This document shows, one piece after another, positions 62,460 to 64,000 of a stretch of DNA of 64,000 nt. The stretch's first letter is position 1, and each line of letters opens with the position of its first letter. A program made the position numbers and the translations under genes. Source of the DNA: Octopus vulgaris (lineage: Eukaryota); assembly GCA_951406725.2 (NCBI GenBank), contig OX597823.1, positions 32,736,001-32,800,000 on the forward strand, in the 5' to 3' direction. The notes under the pieces were generated by a model, which made no database searches, was not told the origin of the DNA, and saw only the letters and a list, made by a program, of their open reading frames with translations.

Positions 62460-63015
62460 GACCCATGAAAAATTCACAGAAAACTTTAAAAATGTAAGCA
62501 TCTATAAACAGTGTCATGGTGCCATGAGAAATGTTTTGTATATTATGACCGTCTGTAGCTGTAATTCATAGGGGCCAGCCTCGTCATATTCTGTGTGAGG
62601 CTGAATCTCCCTGAGAACTACATTAATGTTATGCATATCTGTGGAGTATTCAGCCATTTGTGAGTTAATTTTATCCTCATGTGGTAATGAAAAGTGAAAT
62701 TGACAGCCAATATTTCCTACTGTCTCTCTCACTTTCTATCTTTCTCTTTCACTTCCTTTGTGTCCCTCTTCTCTCCCACTTTTGATTTAACAATGTGTAT
62801 ATGTATCTACTTGTGATGTGATAAACATTTAAAAACACAAAACAAATGTTGTCACTGCTCACTGTCTCTTTCACTCTCTTTTTCTCTCTCACTCTCTCTC
62901 TCACTCTCCCTTTCTCTCTCACTCTCTCTCTCTCTCGCTTTGCCACTTCTTTGAAGTAAGTGTGATGCACAACAGGTATGTACAAAAACAAAAAGTTAGC
63001 ATATTAATATTATTG

Positions 63016-63045
<30 letters not shown>

Positions 63046-63047
<2 letters not shown>

Positions 63048-63825
63048 GACACTGAGAGCACTAAACTGGCTCAAAGGAACCCTAAAAGAAGAAAAAGAGA
63101 TTGAGAGCACTATACTGGCAGGGCAAGACCAAGCTTTGGCCATGAACTGGAGGGTCCACTTTAGGAATGAGCAAGTGTCTCCACTGTGCTACATCCACAA
63201 TAGAGTGGATGAAACCATTGCCCATATCATGAGCAAATGCCCTAGACTTGATCAAAACCACCACAAGTTGTGGTGACGTGATCAATTAGCAAAAGTGCTA
63301 CGTAAGAAACTGTGCAAAAAGGTGGGGGGGGGTAGAGAGAGGCAAGATGTGGTATGAGCACAAACCACAGAAAGTGGGATTTCCCAGTCCAAACAAATCA
63401 AGTGCTAGAGCATAACAGACCAGACCTAGTGGTGGTGGACAAGGTGTATCACATATGCTATATAGTTGATGTTGCATGCCTCTTTGACCCATGAATAGTC
63501 AAGAAGGAAGGCAAAAAGAAAGATATTACCCTCCTAAGTACGAAATAGCCTGGCTATGGAAAATGAAGAAGGTGAAGATAGTGCCAATTATTGTTGAGTC
63601 CTTAGGAACAGTATAAGAAGGTATCAAGAGGAATAAAAAGGAAATTGGAATGGAGTGCCCAGTAGAACTGTAACAAAAGGTTTGCCTCCTTGGCATGGTC
63701 AGAATAATCAGGAAAGTATTAGATAGCTGAAAAGAATAGATAGCATGGTACCGTAGGCTTCAGGTAGCAAGCCTTCTACACATGCAAGAGTCCAGGAGCT
63801 CCAACAAAACCTGTGATAAAGAGAA
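63046..63825 (+). mobile_element. R4/Dong-like retrotransposon 3' fragment embedded in (AAT)n
   Basis: WLK.GTLK.E.ESTILAGQDQAL, ETIAHIMSKCP.L, RPD and VDVACLFD motifs; (AAT)n on both sides. Confidence 0.8.
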
Positions 63826-64000
63826 ATAATAATAATAATAATAATCCTTTCTACTATAAGCACAAGGCCTGAAATTTTGGCAGGAGGAGGATAGATTATA
63901 TTGACCCCAGTGTTCAGCTGGTCTAATTTTATTGACCCCCAAACGGACGAAAGGCAAAGTCAGCCTTGGTGGAATTTGATCTCAGAATGTGAAGATGGAC

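Overview
AT-rich, repeat-dense eukaryotic DNA, most likely from an octopus (inferred from the repeat families). The window holds the middle of one large + strand gene, diacylglycerol kinase theta (DGKQ / dgk-1). I traced 11 phase-consistent GT-AG exons from 11649 to 60256, covering the third C1 domain, an acidic linker, the RA-type and RRM-like region and the start of the catalytic domain, plus a candidate 15-nt microexon. The gene's start and end lie outside the window. The introns hold decayed LINEs (RTE, CR1/L2-like, R4/Dong-like), Tc1/mariner relics, MITEs, tRNA-derived SINEs and microsatellites. Most supplied ORFs are spurious or are transposon fragments. The most unusual signal is non-coding. 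A 5-copy family of palindromic elements carries a minimal hammerhead-ribozyme (HHR) motif in each arm, and two copies have a tRNA-like Pol III promoter in the loop. Three further unrelated HHR motifs occur, one at the tip of a long hairpin inside 26-bp inverted repeats. All coordinates and pairings were read by eye; no searches or folding programs were run.
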